Positions 46,822 through 57,937 of a stretch of DNA of 64,000 bases are shown in pieces (positions within the stretch are counted from its first letter, which is position 1; every line of letters begins with the position of its first letter). This DNA is from Hyphomonadaceae bacterium (GTDB lineage: Bacteria; Pseudomonadota; Alphaproteobacteria; Caulobacterales; Aquidulcibacteraceae): NCBI GenBank assembly GCA_019753105.1, contig JAIELJ010000007.1, positions 57,195 to 121,194 of the forward strand, read 5' to 3'. Below the pieces are notes generated by a model, which saw only the letters and a program-made list of their open reading frames with translations, did not search any database and was not told the DNA's origin. Both the position numbers and the translations under genes were made by a program.

Positions 46822-47844
46822 CTAGGAGGGCAATTTGCGGATGTGGTTCGGCATGGCGCTACGGCGGCGGTAGTCGGCTGGCGATACCCCAACGTAACGA
46901 CGAAAGACGCGCCGGAACGAGGCGATGTCCTGGTAGCCGACTTTCTCTGCGATCGCCTCGACAGGTTCGTCGCTGGTCTCGAGCAATTGCTTGCTCTCCT
47001 CGATCCGGAGCCGCTGTGCGTACTCCAGTGGCGCATAGCCGGTGGCGGCTTTGAAACGGCGCGCGAAGGTTTTCTCTGCAAGTTGCGCGCGGGCCGCCAT
47101 GGCGGAGACAATGTCAGGCTCTGCATAATTCACAGCGGCCCATTCCTGCGCTGCGTGGATGGCGGCGTCGCCGCGCTGCGGCTTGGTCACCAAGCGCGCA
47201 TACGGGTTCTGGCCCTGATGGTGCCAATCGAACAGCGACATCTTCGCCAGCCGCCGCGCATCTTCTTCGCTGACGAAACGCCCGACGAGATAGAGCAGCA
47301 GATCGGTCCACGATGTTGCCCCGCCAGCGGTCACGATGCGGCCGTCCTCGTCAGCGGCAACGATGATGCGATCGCCGCGTACCTTGATGCGCGGATACTC
47401 AGCGCGCATCGGATCAACGAACGCCCAATGCGTTGTCGCTTCGCAGCCATCGAGCAGACCTGCTTCGGCGAGCGCGAATGAGCCAGTGCACGACGAGACG
47501 ACGCGTGCGCCGTTGGCATATGCCGATTGCATCCAGCTCAGCACTTGCGGATTGCTTTGGCCGAATCCGGCGCCCGATGCGATGAGGAGGGACGGCACGA
47601 AGATGATATCCGGGCTTGGCATCGATGCGAGCGTCGCCTGCGGGCTGATCTCGACACCCGTGGCGCTCGTCATCGGCGCGCCATCGACGGAGACGATGCG
47701 CGGCGCAAACGCCGGCTGTTCGGCCTCTCCCATCACTCGATTCCACAGAACGCCGACTGCCCAAAAGGCGTCGTGAATGCCGAGCGCCACCCAGGGCTCG
47801 ACTTCAGGCATTGCGAGAATGGCGACTTGGATCGGCCGCTGCAC
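46822..47844 (-). CDS. GlxA-family AraC regulator (DJ-1/PfpI sensor domain)
   Basis: SSCTGSFALAEAGLLDG..ATTHW; C-terminal HTH; GGAGG SD. Confidence 0.92.
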   Translation of the reverse strand: MQRPIQVAILAMPEVEPWVALGIHDAFWAVGVLWNRVMGEAEQPAFAPRIVSVDGAPMTSATGVEISPQATLASMPSPDIIFVPSLLIASGAGFGQSNPQVLSWMQSAYANGARVVSSCTGSFALAEAGLLDGCEATTHWAFVDPMRAEYPRIKVRGDRIIVAADEDGRIVTAGGATSWTDLLLYLVGRFVSEEDARRLAKMSLFDWHHQGQNPYARLVTKPQRGDAAIHAAQEWAAVNYAEPDIVSAMAARAQLAEKTFARRFKAATGYAPLEYAQRLRIEESKQLLETSDEPVEAIAEKVGYQDIASFRRVFRRYVGVSPADYRRRSAMPNHIRKLPS

Positions 47845-47960
47845 GGAAATCCTCCACAGATGTCCGTTTTGCCTCTATCAGGGCGGTTACGCCACTCCAA
47901 GGCGCCGCGTGATGAGGGCATTGCTCCTATCGCGGTTGGGACGCAAAGGAGGCACTTCAG

Positions 47961-48869
47961 GTGCAAGCACAGCATACCTATCAAACGCTGCTCGATGTTT
48001 CGAAGCGCGTGAACTGGCGCATCGACGATATTATCGGTGGCGACAAGCGCCTCGATTTCAGCAAGCCGTTTCTACCGGAAACCTTCGCGCGCACCGAAGC
48101 GCTCTCGTTCCTCTCAGATCGTGAGCGGCTGACGCTCAACCACATCCGCGCGCATGGCTATTTGGCCATGTTCGCCCTGGTCGAAGGCTTCATCCTGCCG
48201 TTCGTGAATGCGGAGATCGCGGCCGATGATGGCACGCCGCACCGTGCGCCAGCTTTGCAGCAGTTTGCGAGCGAAGAAGAGAAACACATGGAGCTCTTCC
48301 GGCGTTTCCTGGGCGACTTCCGCGCAGAATTTGGCAGCGAGTGCGGTTTCCTTGGGCCGCCGGAAGCGATCCGTGACGCCGTTCTGGCGCACAGCAAAAT
48401 GGCGGTCGCGATTGCCACGCTCGGCATCGAGTGGATGTCGCAAGCGCATTACGTTGAAAGCGTGCGCGACGACGGCGATCTCGATCCGCAGTTCAAGAGC
48501 TTGCTGAAGCACCACTGGCAGGAAGAGTCGCAGCACGCGCGGCTCGATGGCTTGCTGCTGAAAGAGTTGGTGCAAGCAGCGACGCCGGAAAGCGTCGAGC
48601 GCGCGATCGATGAGTATTTCGAGATCGGCGGCTTTCTCGATGGCGGCTTGCAGGCCTTGGCCGGGCTTGATCTTGAAAGCTTCGAACGCGCCACTGGTCG
48701 TGTGCTCACCGCGGAACAGCGTGCCGAATTCGTTCAAGTGCAGCATCAAGCGCTGCGCTGGACCTTTCTCGGCTCCGCCATGCGCAACAAGAATTTCTTG
48801 GCGGCGCTCGGCGAGCTCGGCGGCACGGCGCGTGCGCGCGTCGAAGGAGCGTCGGCGATGTTTTGTTGA
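47961..48869 (+). CDS. Ferritin-like diiron protein, AurF-like
   Basis: VE, EEEKH, IE, HWQEESQH ligand pattern; AAGGAGG SD. Confidence 0.75.
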   Translation: MQAQHTYQTLLDVSKRVNWRIDDIIGGDKRLDFSKPFLPETFARTEALSFLSDRERLTLNHIRAHGYLAMFALVEGFILPFVNAEIAADDGTPHRAPALQQFASEEEKHMELFRRFLGDFRAEFGSECGFLGPPEAIRDAVLAHSKMAVAIATLGIEWMSQAHYVESVRDDGDLDPQFKSLLKHHWQEESQHARLDGLLLKELVQAATPESVERAIDEYFEIGGFLDGGLQALAGLDLESFERATGRVLTAEQRAEFVQVQHQALRWTFLGSAMRNKNFLAALGELGGTARARVEGASAMFC

Positions 48870-48913
48870 TGAGTGGGCCGGCGGCGCGCGTGCGCCGCTG
48901 GCCAGCTCGTTCC

Positions 48914-49351
48914 TTAGCGCGGAGTGGTGGCGACGGCCTGTGCGTATCGGGCTATAAGGTATTCACGTCGATCGTGATCGGTGATGTCGATTAGAACTAT
49001 CCGATTCAAGTCTATCGTCGGATGGAAGGCGCAGATGCCTGCGAACCAGAACACCTCGTCGATCGACTCGTTTTCGTGCCAAGTAGTCATGACGAACTTG
49101 TCGTCGTCGTAGTCATCGCCGTGTAGTGCACGCGCGGCTTCGTCGACACTGTCGTCCCACGCACTGCACTCGTCGCCCCATGCCACGGTGTAGAGGCAAC
49201 CAGACGCGACAAGCCAATCGCTTACAAGGTTTCGCCAGTTGCTAGCGACGCCGCGCTCTACAACAATCACGGCGCGGAATGGACCAACAGCCGTGGTGGT
49301 CGGAATCGCCCCTCCTGGTGCAAGGTGCATATATTCGACGCTCTCGCTCAC
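48914..49351 (-). CDS. Hypothetical protein coupled to ybaB
   Basis: 145 aa; TAGTG overlap with the ybaB stop; more AT-rich than neighbours. Confidence 0.75.
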   Translation of the reverse strand: MSESVEYMHLAPGGAIPTTTAVGPFRAVIVVERGVASNWRNLVSDWLVASGCLYTVAWGDECSAWDDSVDEAARALHGDDYDDDKFVMTTWHENESIDEVFWFAGICAFHPTIDLNRIVLIDITDHDRREYLIARYAQAVATTPR

Positions 49352-49667
49352 TAAAACGGCATCTTAAAACCAGGCAAAATCCCCAGGCCGCCGCTCAGGC
49401 CCTTCATCTCTTCGCCTTGCGCGTCTTCCAGTTTGCGGCGCGCGTCGTCGTGGGCGGCTTTGATCAGGTCTTCGAGGATTTCGCGGTCGTCGCCCATCAG
49501 TGAAGGATCGATCGAGAGGCCGATCATCGCGTTCTTGCCGGAGAGCTTGAGCTTCACCATGCCGCCGCCGGCAGTACCTTCGACTTCCATCGCCTCAAGC
49601 TTTTTCTGCGCTTCGTTGATCTTGGCCTGCATCTGCTGGGCCTGGCGCATGATCTGGGAGATGTCTT

Positions 49668-49671
<4 letters not shown>
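49351..49671 (-). CDS. ybaB: YbaB/EbfC nucleoid-associated protein
   Basis: MRQAQQMQ..., GTAGGGMV, LEDLI.AA.DDA. Confidence 0.95.
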
Positions 49672-51458
<1,787 letters not shown>

Positions 51459-51567
51459 ACCAACCTAGAGGCTCTCTGCCGAAATAACGACCCCCGGCAG
51501 CGGCTTCGTTACCGTGGCGTTTACCGAGCTAGGATAGCAGCGCTGAAAATGCCCTGGGGAGGGGTTA

Positions 51568-52986
51568 TTGGACGCTGTACCGCCGTCCCGGCGCACTTGG
51601 GTTATGCGAATCCGCCGGTTCGCTGAGGTCGCCTGGGCGCAGCACGGGCCGACCAGATATTTCTCGGTGATCGCGACGCCCTTTATGGTCGGGCTCTTCG
51701 TGCCGGACTGGTGGTGGGCGTTGTGCGCGGCCGGGGCCGTGATTGGTGTTGTGGTCGACATCCGCACCCAAGCCGCCTTTGCGCGCTTGGCTGAGCACGT
51801 CGAAGAGCTCGACGAGGCCGACATCGAGGCGGCGGTTCAAAACTATTTGCTGGCCATTGCCGCGGTCACCGCGGCTTACGTCGTGCCTTACATGCTGCTC
51901 GCGTTTTCGCCGCAGCCTGGGCCGGTGATCGGTCTGCTCTTCTGCGCGGGCGCAGCACTTATCTGCGCGACGCTGCACGTGATGACGCCGACCATGGTGT
52001 TCTACACGATCCCCACGGTGATCCTCGGGCTCGTGCTCAACGCGTCTGATCTCACCATCGGCCTCAACAAAATCATCGTTGGCGGAATGGCTGGTCTTGT
52101 CGGCATCAACGCCATCATGGCCGCGCGGGCAGGCGCACGCAGTTTCGGCGACCTCATCGGTGCGCGCCAGCGGGCGGAGGAGGCGGCTGAAGAGTTGGAG
52201 GCGCGCGTCAGGGAACGCACAGCGCAACTCGCCATCGCAACCAAACGCGCCCAAGCCGCTAACCGCGCCAAGTCGATGTTCCTGGCCAATATGAGCCACG
52301 AATTGCGCACGCCGCTCAATGCCGTCATCGGCTACGCAGAAATCATCGAAGAAGATCTCGAGAGCGGCGACACCAAACAGAGCGCCGAAGACCTCAGCCG
52401 CATCCGCAACGCGGCCGGCCACCTGCTGACGATGATCAACGAAGTGCTTGATCTTTCGCGCATCGAAGCCGGCAAGTTGGAGCTGCGCCCGACTGAGTTC
52501 GATTTGCCGGTTTTGCTTCGCTCATCGCTCGATACGGTGCGGCCAACCGCCTCCAAGCATCGCAGCGTCTGTCAGTTGAATGTCGCGCGCAGCATCGGCC
52601 AAGTGCGCTTGGATGAAACGCGCGTGCGGCAGTGCTTGCTGAATCTTTTGTCCAACGCCGCCAAATTCACGCAAGGCGGCGTGATCGCGCTCGATGCGCG
52701 CCCGTGCCGGATTGGCGCCGCCGCAGGCGTGGCGATCTCGGTGAAGGACACCGGCCCCGGCATTGCCGAAGATCAGCTCGCGCGGCTCTTCCAGCCGTTC
52801 GTGCAAGCAGACGCAACGCACACGCGCCAGCATGATGGCGCGGGCCTTGGGCTCGTCATTACGCGCCGGCTGGCGCGCGCCATGGGCGGCGATGTGCAGG
52901 CCTCTAGCAGGCTCGGCCAGGGCTCGACGTTCACGCTCTACCTGCCGCTGCGCATGGAAGGCGAGAATGTCGCCGTCGCGGCCTAA
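51568..52986 (+). CDS. Orphan membrane sensor histidine kinase
   Basis: About five to six TM helices; [14 protein letters not shown]-box; N, G1, F and G2 boxes; no receiver domain. Confidence 0.92.
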   Translation: MDAVPPSRRTWVMRIRRFAEVAWAQHGPTRYFSVIATPFMVGLFVPDWWWALCAAGAVIGVVVDIRTQAAFARLAEHVEELDEADIEAAVQNYLLAIAAVTAAYVVPYMLLAFSPQPGPVIGLLFCAGAALICATLHVMTPTMVFYTIPTVILGLVLNASDLTIGLNKIIVGGMAGLVGINAIMAARAGARSFGDLIGARQRAEEAAEELEARVRERTAQLAIATKRAQAANRAKSMFLANMSHELRTPLNAVIGYAEIIEEDLESGDTKQSAEDLSRIRNAAGHLLTMINEVLDLSRIEAGKLELRPTEFDLPVLLRSSLDTVRPTASKHRSVCQLNVARSIGQVRLDETRVRQCLLNLLSNAAKFTQGGVIALDARPCRIGAAAGVAISVKDTGPGIAEDQLARLFQPFVQADATHTRQHDGAGLGLVITRRLARAMGGDVQASSRLGQGSTFTLYLPLRMEGENVAVAA

Positions 52987-53612
52987 TTGCCGAGGAAGAC
53001 GAGCTTCACGAAGGCGCGATACTGCATGATCTGACGCGAAAGCACGAGCGGCTCGCCCAAGCTCTTTGACAGGATGATACCGCCGTCCGCCACCGCCGAT
53101 AGCATGTCGGCCATGTCGTCCAGATTGACCTCGATGCGCGCGGGATAGCGTTGAGCGATCGCATCCAGCCGTTCCCGGAAGCGCGTGCGCCAGATGCGGT
53201 GGCCTTCCGTCGTCATCTCGCGGACTTCGCGGCTGAACATGTGGTCCTGATAGACGTAGGATGCCACGAGACAGCCAGGGTGGCCGGTCGGTAGGTCGCC
53301 CATCAGCTCCGCAAAGAGTTTGAGGAAGATGAGGAAGCTGTGCAGCGGGTCTTCGCTGAGTTCATCGGCCTGTTCGAAAATCCGATGGAACACCGTCCAC
53401 TCTTGATCGAGGTAGCGTTGCAGCATCGCCTTCGCGAGATCGTTCTTGTCCTTGAAGTGGTAGAAAAAGCCGGACTTAGTGATGCCCGCTTCCGCTATGA
53501 TCTCATCGATCGACGTGGCCGCGAAGCCTTTGTGGAGCACGGCGTCTTGCGCGATGTCCATGATGCGCTCGCGCGTTTGCTCGCCTTTGCTGAGTGTTTG
53601 AATGTTCGCCAT
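52983..53612 (-). CDS. TetR/AcrR family regulator
   Basis: KGFAATSIDEI...TKSGFFYHFKDK. Confidence 0.93.
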   Translation of the reverse strand: MANIQTLSKGEQTRERIMDIAQDAVLHKGFAATSIDEIIAEAGITKSGFFYHFKDKNDLAKAMLQRYLDQEWTVFHRIFEQADELSEDPLHSFLIFLKLFAELMGDLPTGHPGCLVASYVYQDHMFSREVREMTTEGHRIWRTRFRERLDAIAQRYPARIEVNLDDMADMLSAVADGGIILSKSLGEPLVLSRQIMQYRAFVKLVFLGN

Positions 53613-53744
53613 CTGGCGATCCTTCACGTTGCTGGACAAAACCATACCACAAGTACTGTACCGCGAGTGCTTTTCTCACGCGTCCGTTATCAACCATGGA
53701 CGTCGCTGCAAGGCCTGTGACGCGCGTAACGGCTTTGTTTTCAA

Positions 53745-53762
53745 GCGTTTTCTAGAAATCGC
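53745..53762. promoter_or_regulatory. Candidate operator palindrome
   Basis: GCGTTTTCTAGAAATCGC (16/18 self-complementary); related GAGTTTTCTAG at 53778. Confidence 0.45.
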
Positions 53763-53866
53763 ACCGTGATGGACCATGAGTTTTCTAGTTCGCTTGGGCC
53801 CGGGCCGATACACCCTGGATCACGGTCAGCACAAGGGCTGACGCGATCACATCGAAGGGAATGGTT

Positions 53867-53965
53867 ATGTCACGCGGCTTCGCGCTTCTGGTTTCGGTCA
53901 TCGCGTTCATGCACAGCCCGTTGCCCATGCTCGTCGCGTCCGCGGCGGGCGTGAGCTTCGCCTGA
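53867..53965 (+). CDS. Small hydrophobic ORF (32 aa, absent from the ORF track)
   Basis: MSRGFALLVSVIAFMHSPLPMLVASAAGVSFA; GAAGGGA SD 6 nt upstream; alternative ATG at 53861. Confidence 0.45.
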   Translation: MSRGFALLVSVIAFMHSPLPMLVASAAGVSFA

Positions 53966-54021
53966 CCGGCTAATCCCAAATCAGTTTTCACCCGCGTCGC
54001 GGCGCGAAGGAGTCTCACCCC

Positions 54022-55356
54022 ATGTTTCTCAAAGACCGTTACGGCAATCCCGCATCGACGGCGTCGTCCGCCGCGATGGCCAAGTACGACGAAGCGCTCG
54101 AACTGATCCGCCTCTATCGTGGGGATCCGATCGCAGCGCTTGATGCCGCACTCGCCGAAGATCCCGACTTCGGCGGCGCCTGGGCCGCGCGCGCCGGCTT
54201 GCTCGTCCAGCAGACTGACGCCGCTTATGCCGAAGAAACGGCAAGAAGCCTCCGCGCCGGCGCTGCCGCCAATCTCAACGACCGCGACCGCAAGCATTTG
54301 CAAGCGGCGACCGATTGGGCCGAGGGCCGCTACCAGGAAGGGACGATGCGTTATGCGCGCGTCTCACAAGATAATCCGCGCGATCTCTTGGCGCTGCAAT
54401 ACGCGCATGTCGGCTGCTTCTTCCTCGGTCTGCAAAGCGAGCTGCGTGATTGGCCGCTGCAAGCACTGCGCGCTTTCAAGCGCGGCGAGGATGGCTTCAG
54501 CTTCATCCAAGGCATGGCAGCGTTCGGCCTTGAAGAATGCGGCGATTATGCCCGCGCCGATATCTATGGCCGCCAAGCCGTCGAAGCCGATCCACGCGAC
54601 GGTTGGTCAGTGCACGCGGTCGCGCACGTCAACGAAATGCGCGGCGATCTCGAAGCCGGAATCCCATGGCTGGCGGATAATGCGCAGCACTGGGCGCCGG
54701 AGAGCGGCTTTGCCTATCACAATTGGTGGCACCTCGCTTTGCTCTACCTCGATCGCGGCGACATCGCACAAGTGCTCGATCTCTACGACCAGAAAGTGCG
54801 CCCCAACGCGGACTCAAGCGTTCTCCTCGAAGGCATCGACGCTTCGGCGTTGCTCTGGCGCTTGAAGCTCGAAGGCGCAGATGTCGGCAATCGCTTCGAG
54901 AAAGTCGCGGATGCCTGGTCCGGCGCCAGCGAAGACGCGATCTATGCCTTCAACGATCTGCACGCGATCATGGCCTTCCTCGGCGCAGGGCGCACGGCCG
55001 ATGTCGAGCGCACGCTGAAAGCCATGCGCAATGCGGCGGCCGATAGCGGTGATAATGCGTACATGACGCGCAAAATCGGCCTGCCACTGGCGGAAGCGTT
55101 CGTGGCGTTCGATGCAGGCCGCTATGGCGAGTGCGTTGAGAAGATCGTCGCCACACGCGGCATCGCCCAGCGCTTCGGCGGCAGCCACGCCCAGCGCGAC
55201 ATCCTCTCGCTGACAGCATTGCACGCAGCCATTCGCGGCGGCTTCGGCTCAACCGCGGAAGCGCTCGCCGCCGAACGTTTGGCGCACAAACCCCAAAGTC
55301 CGTGGGCGGGCCGCCTCGCCCGTCAGGCGCGCGCACTCAACCGCGTCGACGCCTGA
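54022..55356 (+). CDS. TTC38-like tetratricopeptide repeat protein
   Basis: AFGLEECGDY, D.WSVHAVAHV.EM, HNWWHLAL, DASALLWRL, GGSHAQRD; AAGGAG SD. Confidence 0.87.
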   Translation: MFLKDRYGNPASTASSAAMAKYDEALELIRLYRGDPIAALDAALAEDPDFGGAWAARAGLLVQQTDAAYAEETARSLRAGAAANLNDRDRKHLQAATDWAEGRYQEGTMRYARVSQDNPRDLLALQYAHVGCFFLGLQSELRDWPLQALRAFKRGEDGFSFIQGMAAFGLEECGDYARADIYGRQAVEADPRDGWSVHAVAHVNEMRGDLEAGIPWLADNAQHWAPESGFAYHNWWHLALLYLDRGDIAQVLDLYDQKVRPNADSSVLLEGIDASALLWRLKLEGADVGNRFEKVADAWSGASEDAIYAFNDLHAIMAFLGAGRTADVERTLKAMRNAAADSGDNAYMTRKIGLPLAEAFVAFDAGRYGECVEKIVATRGIAQRFGGSHAQRDILSLTALHAAIRGGFGSTAEALAAERLAHKPQSPWAGRLARQARALNRVDA

Positions 55357-55426
55357 TCTCGAAGAGCCGGCGGCGTTCTCCCAAGCCCGCGCCGCCGGCT
55401 CGCCTTCTTTGTTTGGAGATGCTCCC

Positions 55427-56263
55427 GTGAGAGCCGATTGTTCATTCCTGCGCGCCGCCAACGGTTTGCGCTTCGCCTATGTGGAGCAGGGCGAGCGCGA
55501 AGGCCTGCCCGTTCTGATGCTGCATGGCTACACAGATAGTCACCGCTCGTTCGATCTCATCCGTCCGCATTTGCCGGAAGCGTGGCGCGTCATCGCGCTG
55601 ACGCAGCGCGGCCATGGCCGCAGCGATAAGCCTAGCAGCGGCTTCGATATGGCGACAATGGCCGCCGACGTACCGGCGTTTCTCGATGCGCTCGGCATCG
55701 AGCGTGCGGTGATTGTTGGCCATTCCATGGGCGCCGCTGTCACGGTGCAAGCCGCGGCGGATTATCCGGACCGCGTGGCAGGCGTCGCACTGATCGGCGC
55801 GTTCGCATCCTTTCAGAACAAGGCCGAGATTGACGAATTGGCGACGGAGGTCGCGCGCTTCGGCGATGCAGTTGATCCCGAATTCGTGCTCGCCTTTCAG
55901 CAAAGCACGGTGGGGGAGCTGATACCCCAGACGTTCCTCGACGTCGTCGTGGCCGAAAGCTTTCGCTGCCCAGCTCATGTGTGGCGCGCCGCGCTGGCGG
56001 GTCAACTCGACTCAGAATCCCACGTGGTGGCGCGGCGCTGCCGTGCGCCGTTCTTGCTGATACGTGGTGAGAACGATCAGTACGCGACGAAGGTCGATCA
56101 CCTGACCCTGCGCGATAGCCTTTGCTCAGCACGCTCCTTCACCGTGGCAAGCGCTGGCCACGCCACGCACTGGGAACGGCCCGAAGAGGTCGCGCGCGTG
56201 CTGAGGGCCTACATCGCCGAACTCGACGATGCCGACATCCTGCGACACGCCGTCTTCAGCTAG
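55427..56263 (+). CDS. Alpha/beta fold hydrolase
   Basis: LHGYTDS, QRGHGRS, GHSMG, AGHATHWE; GTG start 8 nt after GGAG. Confidence 0.9.
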   Translation: MRADCSFLRAANGLRFAYVEQGEREGLPVLMLHGYTDSHRSFDLIRPHLPEAWRVIALTQRGHGRSDKPSSGFDMATMAADVPAFLDALGIERAVIVGHSMGAAVTVQAAADYPDRVAGVALIGAFASFQNKAEIDELATEVARFGDAVDPEFVLAFQQSTVGELIPQTFLDVVVAESFRCPAHVWRAALAGQLDSESHVVARRCRAPFLLIRGENDQYATKVDHLTLRDSLCSARSFTVASAGHATHWERPEEVARVLRAYIAELDDADILRHAVFS

Positions 56264-56273
56264 TTGAGGAAAA

Positions 56274-56370
56274 GTGCAGACAGGACAGCGACCCGTACGC
56301 AACCCGTTGTGGCTGCTTCCTTCCGGACCTGACCAGGTTGGCGGGGCGGCCGTCCACCGCCTGCCTGCGC
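56274..56370 (-). ncRNA. ffs: Signal recognition particle RNA (4.5S)
   Basis: Minus strand contains TCAGGTCCGGAAGGAAGCAGC (helix 8 with GGAA tetraloop); 5' and 3' ends pair. Confidence 0.96.
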
Positions 56371-56424
56371 CGCTCATATCGCCCAGCCCCAAGAGGGAAA
56401 CAAGGGGGAATGGGAACAAGGGGT

Positions 56425-56449
56425 GGAACGCTGTGCGCCCCTGGGCGTT
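56425..56449 (+). promoter_or_regulatory. EcfG/sigmaT-type promoter
   Basis: Exact GGAAC-N16-CGTT upstream of the PRC-barrel gene. Confidence 0.8.
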
Positions 56450-56501
56450 CTATCCGCGTCCCTTAACTTTAGAGGCCGCGCGGGAAGCGCGGAACCGCAC
56501 C

Positions 56502-56828
56502 ATGCTGCGTACCCTTGTTCTCGCTCTGGCTCTTGGCGTCCCCGGCATAGCCGCCGCCCAGGAAGGTCAATTCCGCGACTCCGCCATTGGCGCGGAGGTC
56601 GTGTCGGATACCGGGCAGGTGGTGGGTCGCGTCGATCACGTCGTGCGTGACGCCAACGGCCGCATCGTCGCGACGGAAATAACAGAGCAGGAGCCGGCCA
56701 GCGCTCCCTATGCGCCGGAAGCGCTGGTGGCGTCTGCCGATCCGAACATGCTCGTTGTCGTGGATCGCCGTGACGATCTGCGCGCCCGCGCCTCTACGCG
56801 CGAGCGTCAGCCAACCCGCGCGCGCTGA
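56502..56828 (+). CDS. Secreted PRC-barrel-like protein
   Basis: Signal peptide; IGAEVVSDTGQVVGRVDHVVRD..GRI. Confidence 0.75.
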   Translation: MLRTLVLALALGVPGIAAAQEGQFRDSAIGAEVVSDTGQVVGRVDHVVRDANGRIVATEITEQEPASAPYAPEALVASADPNMLVVVDRRDDLRARASTRERQPTRAR

Positions 56829-57318
56829 GCAGCGCATAGCCTGCCCAAGCGAAGCCTGCACCGAACAGCACGCCCGCGCCGATGAAGCCGTAGGATTGCG
56901 GCACGGGCAACGCACTGAGCACGCCCGCGCACACCGCACTGCCAAACCAGCAGAATGCCGGCCCTAGCGGTTTCTCGCCACGGCTGACCCACGTGATCGA
57001 TAAGCCAATCATCGCGATGGCCAGCGTCAGCGCGCCTTGTTCATAGGTGCTGAAGCCGAACGGATCGGCGTCCGGCCCGCCGATGAAGGAGAGCGCCGCC
57101 ACCGCCACGCCAAAACTCGCCAGCCCAAGAAATCCCAGCCGCTCGAAGCGATCGAGATAAATCCCGATCAGGCCGAAAAGCAGCAAGATGTCGATGGTGG
57201 TGTAGAGCCATTCCAGCGTCACCGGATCGGAGAAGAGCGGGAACGCAACAGCAATGCGAAGCAGGCCGCCTGCCATGGCGGCTGCGGCGGCGAGGCGGAA
57301 GAGCTGGGTAGCGGTCAT
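56794..57318 (-). CDS. Hypothetical multi-TM membrane protein
   Basis: About six hydrophobic segments; GGPDADPFG. Confidence 0.78.
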   Translation of the reverse strand: MTATQLFRLAAAAAMAGGLLRIAVAFPLFSDPVTLEWLYTTIDILLLFGLIGIYLDRFERLGFLGLASFGVAVAALSFIGGPDADPFGFSTYEQGALTLAIAMIGLSITWVSRGEKPLGPAFCWFGSAVCAGVLSALPVPQSYGFIGAGVLFGAGFAWAGYALLSARGLADARA

Positions 57319-57421
57319 GTGGCTCGGGTTTAGTCCGCGCAAGCGAGCCGATCTAGGGGAGGTCCGCTTTTCGCCGGAAGCTGCGATTGCCCGTCATGCG
57401 CTTTCGATTTCCACTAGGACC

Positions 57422-57676
57422 ATGCCGGACGAATTCGAGACATTTCATGAGATGAAGCGACAGGGCCGAAGCCCGGTCGAATGTGCAATGGCTGCAAAGG
57501 ATGCGGGCTTGGATTTCATCCCGCGTATTCGAATGTTGAGAGAGGTCTATGGCTTGTCGCTGGTCGATGCGAAGGAGGCCATTGTTGTTAGCGAGGGGTG
57601 GTCATCGCTGCATGAATATCAAGGCAGTCTAGTTCCAGCCCTGGAAAGCGCGTTTAAAGCGCTAGAGTCCGAGTAG
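57422..57676 (+). CDS. Small hypothetical protein with a ribosomal L7/L12 C-terminal-like motif
   Basis: IRMLREVYGLSLVDAKE; AGGA SD. Confidence 0.65.
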   Translation: MPDEFETFHEMKRQGRSPVECAMAAKDAGLDFIPRIRMLREVYGLSLVDAKEAIVVSEGWSSLHEYQGSLVPALESAFKALESE

Positions 57677-57802
57677 GGCCAGAAGCAGACGGCCGTCATT
57701 CGGGCGCGCCGTTGGACCGTGGTTTTCAGGCTCGCGCTCCAACTTGGCCACCAGCGGAACCGCTCCGATCCGGCATCGCAAGCGCCCTCGCAAACCGGGC
57801 GC

Positions 57803-57834
57803 AAAAAAACGGCCCCCGAAAGGAGCCGTCTTTT
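57803..57834 (-). terminator. Intrinsic terminator, strongest on the minus strand
   Basis: AAAAAAACGGCCCCCGAAAGGAGCCGTCTTTT; 7 U on minus, 4 U on plus. Confidence 0.75.
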
Positions 57835-57935
57835 CGAATGCGCCTGCCCCAGAGCTGATTGAGGGCACATTGAGGGTGGCGCGCTAGTGAACAGACTACG
57901 CCTGCGGCCGTCCGCGTAGCGCTGCAAATCGAAAC
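57803..57935 (-). ncRNA. Candidate small RNA
   Basis: Two stem-loops then a terminator; duplicated CCCUCAAU; no minus-strand CDS nearby; 5' end is a guess. Confidence 0.4.
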
Positions 57936-57937
57936 GA

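Noticed and set aside
53640-53665. TetR operator in CATACCACAAGTACTGTACC
   Set aside because: Only a 3-bp dyad, too weak; the palindrome at 53745 is the better candidate.
51459-56280. Genomic island integrated at ffs
   Set aside because: No duplication of the ffs 3' end near dnaX, no integrase, and composition looks host-like.
57662-57868. 68-aa minus-strand ORF
   Set aside because: It runs through the terminator hairpin and has no SD or protein-like features.
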